Source: an uncultured Subdoligranulum sp.
Lineage (GTDB): Bacteria > Bacillota > Clostridia > Christensenellales > CAG-314
Assembly: GCA_902496185.1 (NCBI GenBank)
Contig: CABUZX010000003.1
Location: 16,849 to 80,848 of the forward strand
Reading direction: 5' to 3'
Length of the DNA: 64,000 bases
Below the pieces are notes generated by a model, which made no database searches, had not been told where the DNA came from, and saw nothing but the letters and a program-made list of their open reading frames with translations. Below are positions 17,160-27,907 of this stretch, piece after piece. Made by a program: the position numbers and the translations under genes. The first letter of the stretch is position 1. Each line of letters starts with the position of its first letter.

Positions 17160-17981
17160 ATGCAAAAACTAATTATTACTGCGGCAATTTGCGGTGCGGA
17201 AGTCACAAAACAACACAACCCTGCCGTCCCCTACACCGTTAAAGAAATAGCAAGAGAGGCAAAAAGCGCTTACGACGCAGGCGCGTCTATAATTCACTTG
17301 CACGTTCGCGAAGACGACGGAACTCCAACTCAAAGCGCAAAACGTTTTAAAGAGTGTATGGAAGCAATCAAAAAAGTTTGCCCCGACGTCATTATTCAAC
17401 CTTCTACGGGTGGCGCCGTAGGTATGAGCAACGACGAAAGACTTCAACCCGTTTCGCTTTTGCCCGAAATGGCCACTTTGGATTGCGGTACGTGCAACTT
17501 TGGCGGAGACGAAATTTTTGTCAACACCGAAAACACAATTGTCGAATTTGCTCAAAAAATGACGGAAAAAGGCATCAAGCCGGAATGCGAAGTTTTTGAC
17601 AAAGGTATGATAGATATGGCTTTAAGACTTGCAAAAAAAGGATATATCCCCTCACCGTTGCATTTCAATTTTGTAATGGGTGTAAACGGCGGTATAACGG
17701 GTACGGTAAGAGACCTTTTGTTTATGAAAGAAAGTATACCAAGCGACAGCACTTTTACCGTATCGGGCGTAGGCAAATGCCAGTTAGAAATGGCAACGGC
17801 GTCCATCCTTTTGGGTGGTCACGTCCGCGTAGGTTTTGAAGACAACGTCTATCTTAAAAAGGGCGTTTTGTTAAAAAGCAATGGCGAAATGGTAGAAAAA
17901 ATAGTAGCAATAGCAAGACTTTTGGGCAGAGAAATTGCCACCCCTGACGAAACGCGTCAAATATTGGGATTGAAAAATTAA
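17160..17981 (+). CDS. kce: 3-keto-5-aminohexanoate cleavage enzyme (BKACE/DUF849 family)
   Basis: The start at MQKLIITAAICGAEVTK is 1 nt after the kal stop. IIHLHVRED and the 273-aa length are typical of Kce. Confidence 0.88.
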   Translation: MQKLIITAAICGAEVTKQHNPAVPYTVKEIAREAKSAYDAGASIIHLHVREDDGTPTQSAKRFKECMEAIKKVCPDVIIQPSTGGAVGMSNDERLQPVSLLPEMATLDCGTCNFGGDEIFVNTENTIVEFAQKMTEKGIKPECEVFDKGMIDMALRLAKKGYIPSPLHFNFVMGVNGGITGTVRDLLFMKESIPSDSTFTVSGVGKCQLEMATASILLGGHVRVGFEDNVYLKKGVLLKSNGEMVEKIVAIARLLGREIATPDETRQILGLKN

Positions 17982-18034
17982 AAATCAAAACATCAAAGTT
18001 ATTTAAGACAGTACAAGGATAAAGGAGAATTTTT

Positions 18035-19078
18035 ATGGAAGAAATCAAAGGCAATAAATACGGTACGCATAGAGTTATAGAACCACAAGGTGTTTTGACT
18101 CAAGCCGCGCGTAAAATAGACAATGATATGAGCAAAGTTTACAGCAACGAAATAGTATGCGACGTTATATCGCTCAACATTGACTCAGCCTCCTTCACTC
18201 AAATCGAAAAGGAAGCAGGCGGAGACGAAGAAAAAATCAAAGCCAAAATTATGGAAATCGTAAACGAACGTGGCAAAATGCAAAACCCGGTCACTGGCAG
18301 TGGCGGAATGTTTATCGGAGTAGTTTCTCACGTTGGCAATGACCTGAAAAACTGCGGTCTTAAAGTGGGCGACAAAATAGCTTCTTTAGTTTCGCTCTCT
18401 CTCACGCCGCTTAATATCACCAAAATCAAAGCCGTACATAAAGCAATAGATCGCGTAGACGTCGAAGCCAAAGCCGTCCTTTTTGAAAGCGGTCTCTACG
18501 CCGTTTTGCCCAACGATATGCCAGAAAATCTTGCTCTTGCAGCCCTTGACGTTGCAGGCGCACCAGCTCAAACGGCAAAACTCGTACAAAGCGGTGACAC
18601 CGTACTCGTACTCGGCGCCGGCGGAAAAAGCGGTGTCTTGGTTTGTTATGAAGCAAAAAAACGCGCAGGTTGTACGGGTAAAGTCGTAGGCGTTGTTCTT
18701 TTTGAAGAAGACGCCCGCAAAATTAAGGAACTTGGTATCGTAGACGAAGTAATCGTAGCTTCAGCAACCGAACCTATCACCGTACTTGAAAAGGCTCTCG
18801 AAGCTAACGACGGTAAGGAATACGACGTTTCCATCAACTGCGTAAACGTTCAAAATACTGAAATGACCACTATTTTGCCCGTACGCGACGGTGGTACGGT
18901 ATACTTTTTCTCTATGGCTACGAGCTTTACAAAAGCCGCTTTGGGCGCTGAAGGCGCAGGCAAGGACGTAAATATGATTATCGGCAACGGATACACCAAA
19001 GGTCACGCCGAAATTACTCTTAACGAACTTCGTGAACACGAAGGAATTCGCAAACTTTTTGAAAATACTTACGCATAG
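18035..19078 (+). CDS. kdd: L-erythro-3,5-diaminohexanoate dehydrogenase
   Basis: 347 aa with the Rossmann motif VLVLGAGGKSG. It lies between kce and kamA, as in known lysine fermentation clusters. Confidence 0.82.
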   Translation: MEEIKGNKYGTHRVIEPQGVLTQAARKIDNDMSKVYSNEIVCDVISLNIDSASFTQIEKEAGGDEEKIKAKIMEIVNERGKMQNPVTGSGGMFIGVVSHVGNDLKNCGLKVGDKIASLVSLSLTPLNITKIKAVHKAIDRVDVEAKAVLFESGLYAVLPNDMPENLALAALDVAGAPAQTAKLVQSGDTVLVLGAGGKSGVLVCYEAKKRAGCTGKVVGVVLFEEDARKIKELGIVDEVIVASATEPITVLEKALEANDGKEYDVSINCVNVQNTEMTTILPVRDGGTVYFFSMATSFTKAALGAEGAGKDVNMIIGNGYTKGHAEITLNELREHEGIRKLFENTYA

Positions 19079-19087
19079 GAGTAAACT

Positions 19088-20332
19088 ATGGATAGAAAAA
19101 TTTTTACCGATATACCCGATAAGGATTGGAACGATTGGAAATGGCAAATTCGCAACCGCATTGAAACGCTTGATCAATTAAAAAAATACGTTAATCTCAC
19201 TCCCGACGAAGAAGAAGGTGTAAAAAAATGCCTTGGCAAACTACGTATGGCTATTACACCCTACTATCTTTCACTTATAGACCTTGACGACCCATACGAC
19301 CCCGTACGCAGGCAAGCTATACCTACGGCAGACGAACTTTTCGTTTCTTCCGCCGATCTTGACGACCCCTTGCACGAAGACACCGACAGTCCCGTGCCCG
19401 GCCTTACTCACCGTTATCCCGACAGAGTATTGCTTTTGACTACAGACCAATGCTCTATGTATTGCCGTCATTGCACGCGCAGACGCTTTGCAGGACAACA
19501 CGATTGCGAAGTAAGCAACGACAAAATAGATAAATGTATCGAATACGTACGCAACCACCCCGAAGTACGCGACGTGTTACTTTCTGGCGGAGACGTACTT
19601 TGCTTGTCGGACGAAAAGTTGGAGTACATTATTTCTAAACTGCGCGAGATAGAACACGTTGAAATTATCCGTCTCGGCAGTCGTACGCCAATAGTTATGC
19701 CACAGCGCATTACCAAAGAGCTTTGCGATATGCTAAAGAAATATCATCCAATTTGGCTCAATACGCATTTCAATCACCCGAAAGAAATGACGCCCGAAGC
19801 CAAACGCGCTTGCGCAATGCTTGCAGACGCAGGTATTCCTCTCGGAAACCAAAGCGTATTGCTTGCAGGCGTAAACGATTGCCCTGCGGTAATGAAAAAA
19901 CTTGTTCACGAATTGGTAAAAGCGCGCGTACGCCCCTACTACATTTATCAATGCGATTTGTCAATGGGCTTGGAGCATTTCCGTACGCCCGTTTCAAAGG
20001 GAATAGAAATAATCGAAGCTTTGCGCGGACATACTTCCGGCTATGCCGTGCCAACTTTTGTAGTCGACGCGCCCGGTGGCGGTGGAAAAATACCCGTCAT
20101 GCCAAACTATCTTATTTCGCAATCTCCTGACAAAGTGATTTTGCGTAACTTTGAAGGCGTTATTACAACCTACACTCAACCTCTTGACTACAAAAATCAA
20201 TGTCATTGCAAAGACTGCGAAGAAAAACGCAAACAAATGCAGGGCGTTGCGGGATTGCTTGAAGGTAATGCAATGAGTCTCGAACCGGCAAATCTCGAAA
20301 GACGTAAACGTCACTCAAAGGAGAAACAATGA
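19088..20332 (+). CDS. kamA: L-lysine 2,3-aminomutase (radical SAM, PLP)
   Basis: Carries the [12 protein letters not shown] CxxxCxxC cluster motif. The 414-aa length and KamA-type N-terminus ([12 protein letters not shown]) fit. Confidence 0.95.
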   Translation: MDRKIFTDIPDKDWNDWKWQIRNRIETLDQLKKYVNLTPDEEEGVKKCLGKLRMAITPYYLSLIDLDDPYDPVRRQAIPTADELFVSSADLDDPLHEDTDSPVPGLTHRYPDRVLLLTTDQCSMYCRHCTRRRFAGQHDCEVSNDKIDKCIEYVRNHPEVRDVLLSGGDVLCLSDEKLEYIISKLREIEHVEIIRLGSRTPIVMPQRITKELCDMLKKYHPIWLNTHFNHPKEMTPEAKRACAMLADAGIPLGNQSVLLAGVNDCPAVMKKLVHELVKARVRPYYIYQCDLSMGLEHFRTPVSKGIEIIEALRGHTSGYAVPTFVVDAPGGGGKIPVMPNYLISQSPDKVILRNFEGVITTYTQPLDYKNQCHCKDCEEKRKQMQGVAGLLEGNAMSLEPANLERRKRHSKEKQ

Positions 20333-21882
20333 GCAAACTTAATTTAGACAAAAATTTAATCAATAAAGCAAGAGCCCACGCAAAAAATATAGCGCGCGAT
20401 ACTCAAAACTTTATTGACAAGCATACTACCGTCACGGTTGAACGTACCGTTTGCCGTCTGCTTGGTATCGACGGAGTAAACGCCTTTGAAAATCCCCTAC
20501 CCAACGTAGTTGTCGAACATCTCGTAGACAAAAATATACTTTCGGGCGGGAGCGCATATTACGTAGGCAACGCCATTTGCAATCTCGGTCTTTCCCCGCA
20601 ACAAATAGCGGAAGGAATTAACAAGGGCGAAATCGACCTATCTACGTTGCCACGCAAAGATATTACGGAAGTAAGAAAAGCCCTTGCTTTATACGTCGAT
20701 AATACCATCAACAAAATAGACGGCAACGTCAAAGCAAGACAATCTTACCTTGATAGATTTGGAGACAAACAAGGAGCGTATTTGTACATCATAGTTGCAA
20801 CAGGCAACATTTACGAAGATATAGTTCAGGCAAAAGCAGCGGCAAAACAAGGCGCTGATATTATTGCCGTTATCCGTACAACTGGACAAAGCTTATTGGA
20901 CTACGTCCCCTACGGCGCAACGACGGAAGGTTTTGGCGGTACTTACGCCACGCAAGAAAATTTCCGTCTTATGCGAAAAGCGCTGGATGAAGTCAGCGAA
21001 GAAGAACACCGCTACATAAGACTTTGCAACTACTGTTCGGGATTATGTATGCCGGAAATCGCCGCTATGGGCGCATTGGAAAGATTAGACGTAATGCTCA
21101 ACGACGCTTTGTACGGTATTTTATTCCGTGACATCAATATGAAACGTACGATAATTGACCAATTTTTCTCACGCGTAATTAACGGTTACGCAGGGGTAAT
21201 CATTAACACAGGCGAGGACAATTATCTTACTACTGCCGACGCAGTTGAGGAAGCTCATACCGTACTTGCCTCGCAATTTTTAAACGAGCAATTTGCATTG
21301 CTCGCAGGTTTGCCTGAATCTCAAATGGGGTTAGGTCACGCCTTTGAAATAGACCCTGCCGTTAAAAATGGATTTTTAATGGAATTGGCGCAAGCTCAAA
21401 TGGCAAGAGAAATATTCCCCAACGCTCCGCTCAAATATATGCCTCCGACAAAACACATGACTGGCAATATTTTCCGTGGACATATTCAAGACGCGCTCTT
21501 TAATATGGTAACCGTTATGACGGGACAAAAATTGCATTTACTCGGTATGATGACGGAAGCTTTGCATACGCCCTTTATGTCGGACAGAGCGCTTGCTATC
21601 GAAAACGCACAATACGTATTTAATACGATGGCGGATTTAGGCGACGAAATCAACTTTAAGGAAGGTGGTTTTATTCAATCCCGCGCGCACGAAGTATTGT
21701 CAAAAACCACTACTTTGCTCGGCGAAATTGAAAAAAATTCACTGTTTACTTCCCTATCTAAGGGAGTTTTTGCCGATATTAAACGTCCGCAGGACGGCGG
21801 TAAAGGTCTCAACGGCGTGGTAGAAAAGGATTCCGTCTACTTTAACCCGTTTGTAGAAAAAATGTTGGAGGGAAAAAGATGA
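20329..21882 (+). CDS. kamD: Beta-lysine (D-lysine) 5,6-aminomutase alpha subunit
   Basis: 517 aa. The N-terminus [48 protein letters not shown] parallels KamD. There is an ATGA overlap with kamA. Confidence 0.92.
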   Translation: MSKLNLDKNLINKARAHAKNIARDTQNFIDKHTTVTVERTVCRLLGIDGVNAFENPLPNVVVEHLVDKNILSGGSAYYVGNAICNLGLSPQQIAEGINKGEIDLSTLPRKDITEVRKALALYVDNTINKIDGNVKARQSYLDRFGDKQGAYLYIIVATGNIYEDIVQAKAAAKQGADIIAVIRTTGQSLLDYVPYGATTEGFGGTYATQENFRLMRKALDEVSEEEHRYIRLCNYCSGLCMPEIAAMGALERLDVMLNDALYGILFRDINMKRTIIDQFFSRVINGYAGVIINTGEDNYLTTADAVEEAHTVLASQFLNEQFALLAGLPESQMGLGHAFEIDPAVKNGFLMELAQAQMAREIFPNAPLKYMPPTKHMTGNIFRGHIQDALFNMVTVMTGQKLHLLGMMTEALHTPFMSDRALAIENAQYVFNTMADLGDEINFKEGGFIQSRAHEVLSKTTTLLGEIEKNSLFTSLSKGVFADIKRPQDGGKGLNGVVEKDSVYFNPFVEKMLEGKR

Positions 21883-22667
21883 GCGGAGGACTTTATAACT
21901 TGCACAAAAGCAACGTCGATACCACCCTTGATCTCGAAGCTATCAAGCCGTATGGCGATACAATGAACGACGGAAAGGTTCAGTTGAGTTTTACCCTACC
22001 CGTCACAAACGACGACCGCGGACAAGAAGCAGCAAAACTGCTTGCAAAAAAGATGGGACTTTTAGAACCTTCCGTTGCGCTGGCAAAAACCTTAGACAAA
22101 GATTTTACTTTTTACGTCGTTTACGGCGAATGTACTCATACGGTAAATTACAACAAAATTAAAGTTGCCACGGTAGAAAACGACGTATTGTCAATGGAAG
22201 AAACAAATCTGTTTATTAAGGAAAATTTTGGGCGCAAACTCGTGGTCATTGGAGCCTCTACCGGCACAGACGCTCATACCGTCGGTATAGACGCTATTAT
22301 GAACCGCAAAGGCTTTGCAGGACACTACGGACTTGAGCGTTACGAAATGATTGAAGCGCTTAATATGGGTAGTCAAGTAACTAACGAAGACTTTATCAAA
22401 AAAGCAAAGGAACTAAAAGCAGATATAATGTTGGTAAGTCAAACTGTCACTCAAAAGGACGTTCATATCAAAAATCTTACCGAGCTTATTGAACTTATGG
22501 AGGCGGAAAACTTGCGCGATAAAGTTATATTATGTTGCGGTGGCGCAAGAATCACCCATGAACTTGCAAAAGAACTTGGCTATGACGCTGGATTTGGTTC
22601 TGGCAAATTTGCCGAAGACGTTATTTCCTTTGCCGTTACCGAAATGGTAAAACGTAATATGAAATAA
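21879..22667 (+). CDS. kamE: Beta-lysine (D-lysine) 5,6-aminomutase beta subunit (cobalamin- and PLP-binding)
   Basis: PYGDTMNDGKVQLSFTLP, the DxHxxG cobalamin motif GTDAHTVGIDAIM, and the NRKGFAGHYG PLP-lysine region. There is an ATGA overlap with kamD. Confidence 0.92.
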   Translation: MSGGLYNLHKSNVDTTLDLEAIKPYGDTMNDGKVQLSFTLPVTNDDRGQEAAKLLAKKMGLLEPSVALAKTLDKDFTFYVVYGECTHTVNYNKIKVATVENDVLSMEETNLFIKENFGRKLVVIGASTGTDAHTVGIDAIMNRKGFAGHYGLERYEMIEALNMGSQVTNEDFIKKAKELKADIMLVSQTVTQKDVHIKNLTELIELMEAENLRDKVILCCGGARITHELAKELGYDAGFGSGKFAEDVISFAVTEMVKRNMK

Positions 22668-22705
22668 AATACCCCAAAAATAAAAAATAAAGGAGGTTGA
22701 ACAAA

Positions 22706-23368
22706 TTGAAAAACAAACTTGTTAGTCTCGAAAAGGCTTTAGACCTTATTAAAGACGGTGACGTCGTTATGTACGGCGGTTTTATCGGAGTAGGCACTCC
22801 TGAAACAATAGTCGACGGATTGGTTGCAAAAAAAACAGGCAACCTTACCATCATTGGCAACGATACGGGCAAACCCGGAAAAGGCGTTTCTAAACTTATT
22901 GCGGCGCGTCTCGTTAAAAAAGTAATTGCATCACACATTGGCACAAACCCCGAAACGGGCGCTTTGATGAGTAGCGGAGAGTTGGAAGTAGAACTTGTAC
23001 CTCAAGGCACTCTTGCGGAACGTATCCGCGCGGGTGGTTATGGCTTGGGTGGTATACTCACCCCTACCGGACTCAATACCGAAGTTGCCACAGGCAAGCA
23101 AATAATAAACGTTGACGGAAAAGATTATCTCCTCGAAAAACCCCTACGCGCAAACGTGGCAATTTTAAGAGGTTCTTTAGTTGACGAAGCAGGCAACGTA
23201 TATTACAACGGAACTACACGCAACTTTAATCCGCTGGTAGCAACCGCCGCCGACGTAGTAATAGTAGAAGCAGAAAAATACGTCAAAGCAGGCGAAATTC
23301 CGCAGGAGCACGTAATGACGCCGGGGATTATGGTAGATTATATAGTACTCGAAGGAGGTAAAAACTAA
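22706..23368 (+). CDS. atoD: Butyrate-acetoacetate CoA-transferase subunit A
   Basis: [16 protein letters not shown] is typical of 3-oxoacid CoA-transferase A. I prefer the TTG start at 22706 (9 nt after AGGAGG) over the track start at 22697. Confidence 0.85.
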   Translation: MKNKLVSLEKALDLIKDGDVVMYGGFIGVGTPETIVDGLVAKKTGNLTIIGNDTGKPGKGVSKLIAARLVKKVIASHIGTNPETGALMSSGELEVELVPQGTLAERIRAGGYGLGGILTPTGLNTEVATGKQIINVDGKDYLLEKPLRANVAILRGSLVDEAGNVYYNGTTRNFNPLVATAADVVIVEAEKYVKAGEIPQEHVMTPGIMVDYIVLEGGKN

Positions 23369-24015
23369 TGGATGATGCAAAAACCATTATAGCGCGTCGC
23401 GCGTCAAAAGAACTCCAAAACGGAGATATAGTCAATCTCGGTATCGGTTTGCCCACTATGGTAGCTCAATTTTTGTCCCCCGACCTTGATATAACATTTC
23501 AATCGGAAAACGGAATTTTGGGTATGGGCGCGGAAGAAAAGGAAAATCCTAACCCCGACGTTATAAACGCGGGCGGAGCTTTCGTAAACGTTTTGCCTCA
23601 CGGCGTATTTTTTGACTCTGCTACGTCATTTGGTATTATCCGTGGCGGTCACGTTGACAAAACTATTCTCGGAGCGCTTCAAATAGACCAAGAAGGCTCT
23701 CTTGCAAGCCATATCGTCCCCGGCAAATTAGTACCGGGTATGGGCGGAGCAATGGATTTGGTTGTCGGAGCAAAAAAAGTCATTGTTGTCACAACTCATA
23801 CTGCCAAAGGCGCGCCAAAAATCCTAAAAAAATGCACCTTGCCCTTAACTGCTTTTAACAAAGTCAACCGCATAATAACGGAACTTGCGGTAATAGATTG
23901 CACGGAAAAAGGCTTGGTACTGCGTGAAAGACACGTTTCTACCACGATAGAAGAAATTCAATCTTTGACGGAAGCCACCTTGATTATTCCCGAAAAAGTA
24001 GAGGTTTTTGAATAA
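23368..24015 (+). CDS. atoA: Butyrate-acetoacetate CoA-transferase subunit B
   Basis: Carries the catalytic-Glu motif [11 protein letters not shown]. There is a TAATG overlap with atoD. Confidence 0.85.
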   Translation: MDDAKTIIARRASKELQNGDIVNLGIGLPTMVAQFLSPDLDITFQSENGILGMGAEEKENPNPDVINAGGAFVNVLPHGVFFDSATSFGIIRGGHVDKTILGALQIDQEGSLASHIVPGKLVPGMGGAMDLVVGAKKVIVVTTHTAKGAPKILKKCTLPLTAFNKVNRIITELAVIDCTEKGLVLRERHVSTTIEEIQSLTEATLIIPEKVEVFE

Positions 24016-24024
24016 AAAAGTATA

Positions 24025-24064
24025 CAAAAAACATCCGATTAGTTTAATCGGATGTTTTTTTTGT
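24025..24064. terminator. Bidirectional intrinsic terminator between the convergent atoA and nfnB
   Basis: Hairpin ACATCCGATT-5 nt-AATCGGATGT, flanked by an A-run and a T-run. Confidence 0.85.
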
Positions 24065-24072
24065 TTTGTAAA

Positions 24073-25461
24073 TCATTTTTTGTTTTTAAGATAATTGTCA
24101 ATACCTTTTGCTGCGGTTTTGCCTGCATCCATAGCAAGTATTACCGTTGCAGGTCCCGTAACTGCGTCACCACCTGCAAATACGCCCAATCTCGTAGTCA
24201 TACCGTTTTCATCTACGATAATATTTCCTTTTTTGTCCGTCTGAATACCGTAAGTTGACGCTACCACCAAATCGCTTGACCCCGTACCGATAGACATTAT
24301 AACGCAATCGGTATCTATCACAAAATTGCTGTTGGGTTTTTCTATAGGAGATCTACGCCCGCTTTCGTCCGGCTCACCAAGAGTCATTTCTACACATTCA
24401 ATACCTTTGACAAAGAAATTTTCGTCTCCGATAATTTTGACTGGATTTGTCAAAAGTTTAAATTCTATTCCTTCCTCCTCTGCGTGTACGACTTCGTCCG
24501 CGCGTGAAGGCAACTCGTCTCGACTGCGACGGTATACTATCGTAACTTTTGCTCCAAATCGAATAGCGCAACGGGCGGCATCCATTGCTACGTTTCCACC
24601 GCCTACTACTACGTATTTTTTTGCATGCAACAGTGGTGTATCAAACTTTTCGTCGTATGCGTTCATAAGGTTAACTCGCATTAAAAATTCGTTAGCAGAA
24701 TAAACGCCGTTGAGATTTTCGCCCTCTATCCCCATAAATTTAGGCGTAGCCGATCCGTTACCAACAAATACTGCGGAAAAACCCTCGGCAAACATATCGT
24801 CAACCGTCAAAGTTTTGCCCACTACCGCGTTTGTAATAAATTTTACCCCGAGGGATCTTAAAGAACTTATTTCCCTTTCAACCACTTTTGCAGGCAAAAT
24901 AAATTCAGGTATACCATAAGTCAAAATTCCACCAGTCGTATGCAAAGCTTCGTAAACTGTGACGGAATATCCCATTTTTGCAAGGTCTGCGGCGCAAGTA
25001 AGCCCCGCAGGACCACTACCAACTATAGCAACGCTCTTTCCATTTGGTGTGGGAATTTCCTCCTTTTGCTGGCAATTTTGATAATACCAGTCGGCTACAA
25101 ATCTTTCCAACCTACCAATACCTACGGGCTCGCCTTTGATACCCCTTACGCAGTATTTTTCGCACTGTTTTTCTTGTGGGCATACGCGTCCACAAATTGC
25201 AGGCAAGTTGCTGGTCCTTGAAATTATTTCGTAAGCTTTTGCAATATTGCCTTGTCTTATCTGTTCGATAAACGCAGGTATATCGTTTTGTACGGGACAA
25301 CCCTTTGTGGCGCAAGGCTTGTGTTTGCAGTTTAAACATCTTTCCGCCTCATTTTTTGCCGTTTGGAGATCGTAGCCCGTCTCTACTTCCCCAAAATTAT
25401 TTATTCTTTCCTTTGCGTCCTGCGTTGGAATAGGATATTTTTTTAAAGACATATCAGGCAT
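24073..25461 (-). CDS. nfnB: NADH-dependent reduced ferredoxin:NADP+ oxidoreductase large subunit (GltD-like)
   Basis: N-terminal 2x[4Fe-4S] Cys motifs (CLNCKHKPC.., VCPQEKQCEKYC). FAD/NAD motif VAIVGSGPAGLTCA. It is 462 aa and starts directly after the nfnA stop. Confidence 0.8.
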   Translation of the reverse strand: MPDMSLKKYPIPTQDAKERINNFGEVETGYDLQTAKNEAERCLNCKHKPCATKGCPVQNDIPAFIEQIRQGNIAKAYEIISRTSNLPAICGRVCPQEKQCEKYCVRGIKGEPVGIGRLERFVADWYYQNCQQKEEIPTPNGKSVAIVGSGPAGLTCAADLAKMGYSVTVYEALHTTGGILTYGIPEFILPAKVVEREISSLRSLGVKFITNAVVGKTLTVDDMFAEGFSAVFVGNGSATPKFMGIEGENLNGVYSANEFLMRVNLMNAYDEKFDTPLLHAKKYVVVGGGNVAMDAARCAIRFGAKVTIVYRRSRDELPSRADEVVHAEEEGIEFKLLTNPVKIIGDENFFVKGIECVEMTLGEPDESGRRSPIEKPNSNFVIDTDCVIMSIGTGSSDLVVASTYGIQTDKKGNIIVDENGMTTRLGVFAGGDAVTGPATVILAMDAGKTAAKGIDNYLKNKK

Positions 25462-26301
25462 TTATTCCACCTCCTTAAAAAGATTACAAGCGCGCTTATA
25501 AGCGTGCCTTTCCTGCTCGCCGTACATTTTGTTGCGTTTGATTGCTTCGTCAAAATCTACCGTAAATCCATCAAAGTCCGGTCCGTCTATACATGCAAAT
25601 TTGACTTTACCGTTGACCGTCAAACGACAACTACCGCACATACCAGTACCGTCCAACATAATGGGAGTCATACTTACGATTGTTTTTATCCCGTATTGAC
25701 GGGTAAGCTCACAAACGTTGCGCATCATTACAAGATGACCAAAATCTATTACCATGTCGTAATTAACGCCCTGCTCCAAAAAAGTTTTAAGACCGTCGGT
25801 AACAACACCCTTTTGCCCTGCCGTACCGTCGTCTGTAAGTAGAACAAAGTTGTCGCTGATTGCTTGGAACTCTTCTTTCAAAATAACTTCCTCCGCCGTG
25901 CGGAAACCTATAATAGTATCAACCTTGCAACCATTTTTGGTGAGTTGTTTTGCGTAAATATACGCCGAGGCGCAACCCGTATCACCGCCTACTACCGCCA
26001 CGCGTGAAAAACCTTTGGTCTCCTTTTGCACTCCTAATGGTCCGAGTAAATCTGCCAATTTGTCTCCCACATTCAACTTGCTCAAACGCAACGTACCTGC
26101 TCCTACGGTTTTGAAGACTATACTGACGGTTTTTTCATCCCTGTCAAAATCTGTAATGGTAAAGGGCAATCTCTCGCCCTCCTTATCGGCACGCAAAATA
26201 ACAAATTGCCCTGCCTGCGCCTTTTTTGCAGTCATTGGCGCGTAAATCCTCAACAATGACGTGGTTTTATTTAGTTGTTTTTTTTCTACTATTTCAAACA
26301 T
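25462..26301 (-). CDS. nfnA: NfnA / ferredoxin-NADP+ reductase-like small subunit (FAD, 2Fe-2S)
   Basis: C-terminal GTGMCGSCRLTVNGKVKFACIDGPDFDG. The start is at MFEIV (26301), after GGAGAA. Confidence 0.8.
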   Translation of the reverse strand: MFEIVEKKQLNKTTSLLRIYAPMTAKKAQAGQFVILRADKEGERLPFTITDFDRDEKTVSIVFKTVGAGTLRLSKLNVGDKLADLLGPLGVQKETKGFSRVAVVGGDTGCASAYIYAKQLTKNGCKVDTIIGFRTAEEVILKEEFQAISDNFVLLTDDGTAGQKGVVTDGLKTFLEQGVNYDMVIDFGHLVMMRNVCELTRQYGIKTIVSMTPIMLDGTGMCGSCRLTVNGKVKFACIDGPDFDGFTVDFDEAIKRNKMYGEQERHAYKRACNLFKEVE

Positions 26302-26368
26302 AATATTCTCCAATACGTAATATTTTGAAATTACATCTTACTGTTTATCCCTTTTTTGAGTGTTTTAA

Positions 26369-26815
26369 TTAAATATCGTACCAAATAGTAACGGGGCCGT
26401 CGTTTGTCTGAGATATAGTCATATCCGCGCCAAACAGCCCTTCCTTTACCGTCAACCCAAACAAACGCAACGCTTTACAAAATTCAAAATAAACTTCCTT
26501 GGCTTTATCTGCCTGCATTGCCGTAACAAAACTCGGTCGGTTTCCGTGCGAAACGTCACCGCACAAAGTAAACTGCGATACCGACAGTATTTGTCCGCCT
26601 ACGTCCAAAACGGAACGGTTCATTTTGCCGTTTTCGTCTTCAAAAACACGCAAATTTGCAATTTTTTTGGACAATAATTCTATTTTTTTGTATTTGTCAA
26701 CTTCATCCTTGGATTCGGCGCAAAAATATACTACTAAACCAAAATCAATGGAAGAAATTAAATTGCCCTCAACGGACAACGTGGTTTTTTTTACCCTTTG
26801 TACAACTGCTTTCAT
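26369..26815 (-). CDS. dtd: D-aminoacyl-tRNA deacylase
   Basis: MKAVVQRV..., SQFTL and GNRPSF motifs in 148 aa. There is an ATGA overlap with the upstream hydrolase gene. Confidence 0.9.
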   Translation of the reverse strand: MKAVVQRVKKTTLSVEGNLISSIDFGLVVYFCAESKDEVDKYKKIELLSKKIANLRVFEDENGKMNRSVLDVGGQILSVSQFTLCGDVSHGNRPSFVTAMQADKAKEVYFEFCKALRLFGLTVKEGLFGADMTISQTNDGPVTIWYDI

Positions 26816-27714
26816 TTTTGCCCCTTTAGAGAAAACACAAAATCCGAAATTAATTTATACGATTCATTTGCAGAAATATCGTTTAATACTTCGTGTCTAT
26901 TATCCTTAAATAGCTTAAAGGTAACGTTGGTTAACCCCGCGCCAATATACGTTTCGTAAAGTTTTGTAACTGATTTGCCAAAATCCCCTACAGGGTCTTT
27001 GTCACCGCTGAATATAAGCATTGACAAAGTCTTTTTTATTTTGTTAAGATTTTTAGCCGAATAAATACCCTTTAGTCCGCCAAAAAAATTTTTATAAAAG
27101 TTGTTGCTACACACAAAACCGCATAACGCGTCGTCCTGATAACGCTTGCTTTGTTCTTCTATACTTGAAATAAAATCGCCGTCTTTAAACTTTTTGTTGT
27201 AAGCGTCAAAGCTGAGTTTTTTTATAAGATTTGCGGGTTTTTTTGGCGCCCCCAAGGACGCAACCACTTTTCCTAAACATGGTTGAGCTCCTTGCATTTT
27301 GGCGCTCCCTGACAAAATTACACCGTCATATAGCGCGCTGTCCGTTTGTTGTAAATAGGCTTGCAATAAAAAACTACCGTAACTGTGTCCAAAAACGATA
27401 TATTTTAAATTGGGATATTTTTGTTTGTAACTACGGTTTAAAAGTTGCAAATCCTTTAAAGTATCTTTCCATATACTGCCTTTGCAGTAGCCCAACGTAT
27501 CCATATCGGTATTGCCGTGCGCGCGGTGATCGTCTGCAAAAACCAAAAAACCGAGACTTGTCAGATATTCGGCAAGTTTAGCGTATCTACCGCTATGCTC
27601 CGCCATTCCGTGAAAAATTTGAAAAACGAATTTTGGTTCTTCCTTAGGCGCCCATTGTCTTACGAATATTTTTTTGCCGTCAAAAGAATCAAATAAAAAA
27701 CTGCTTTCCTGCAT
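26812..27714 (-). CDS. Alpha/beta hydrolase (lysophospholipase / monoacylglycerol lipase-like)
   Basis: FHGMAEHSGRY and the nucleophile elbow GHSYGS. The start is at MQESS, after GGGAGA. Confidence 0.75.
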   Translation of the reverse strand: MQESSFLFDSFDGKKIFVRQWAPKEEPKFVFQIFHGMAEHSGRYAKLAEYLTSLGFLVFADDHRAHGNTDMDTLGYCKGSIWKDTLKDLQLLNRSYKQKYPNLKYIVFGHSYGSFLLQAYLQQTDSALYDGVILSGSAKMQGAQPCLGKVVASLGAPKKPANLIKKLSFDAYNKKFKDGDFISSIEEQSKRYQDDALCGFVCSNNFYKNFFGGLKGIYSAKNLNKIKKTLSMLIFSGDKDPVGDFGKSVTKLYETYIGAGLTNVTFKLFKDNRHEVLNDISANESYKLISDFVFSLKGQK

Positions 27715-27907
27715 GAATTTTTCTCCCAATCAATGTAATTTATATTGCAACTAAATCTAAAAACAAATTACACCAATTACATTAAATAATATCATTTAAA
27801 ACCCTTTCAGTCAATCGTTTATGATGATTTACAAACAAATTAAATACACCTCCAAAGCTACTAACTTTTAAAGGTGTATTTCAAAATTAATTATTTTTTG
27901 TATTTTA

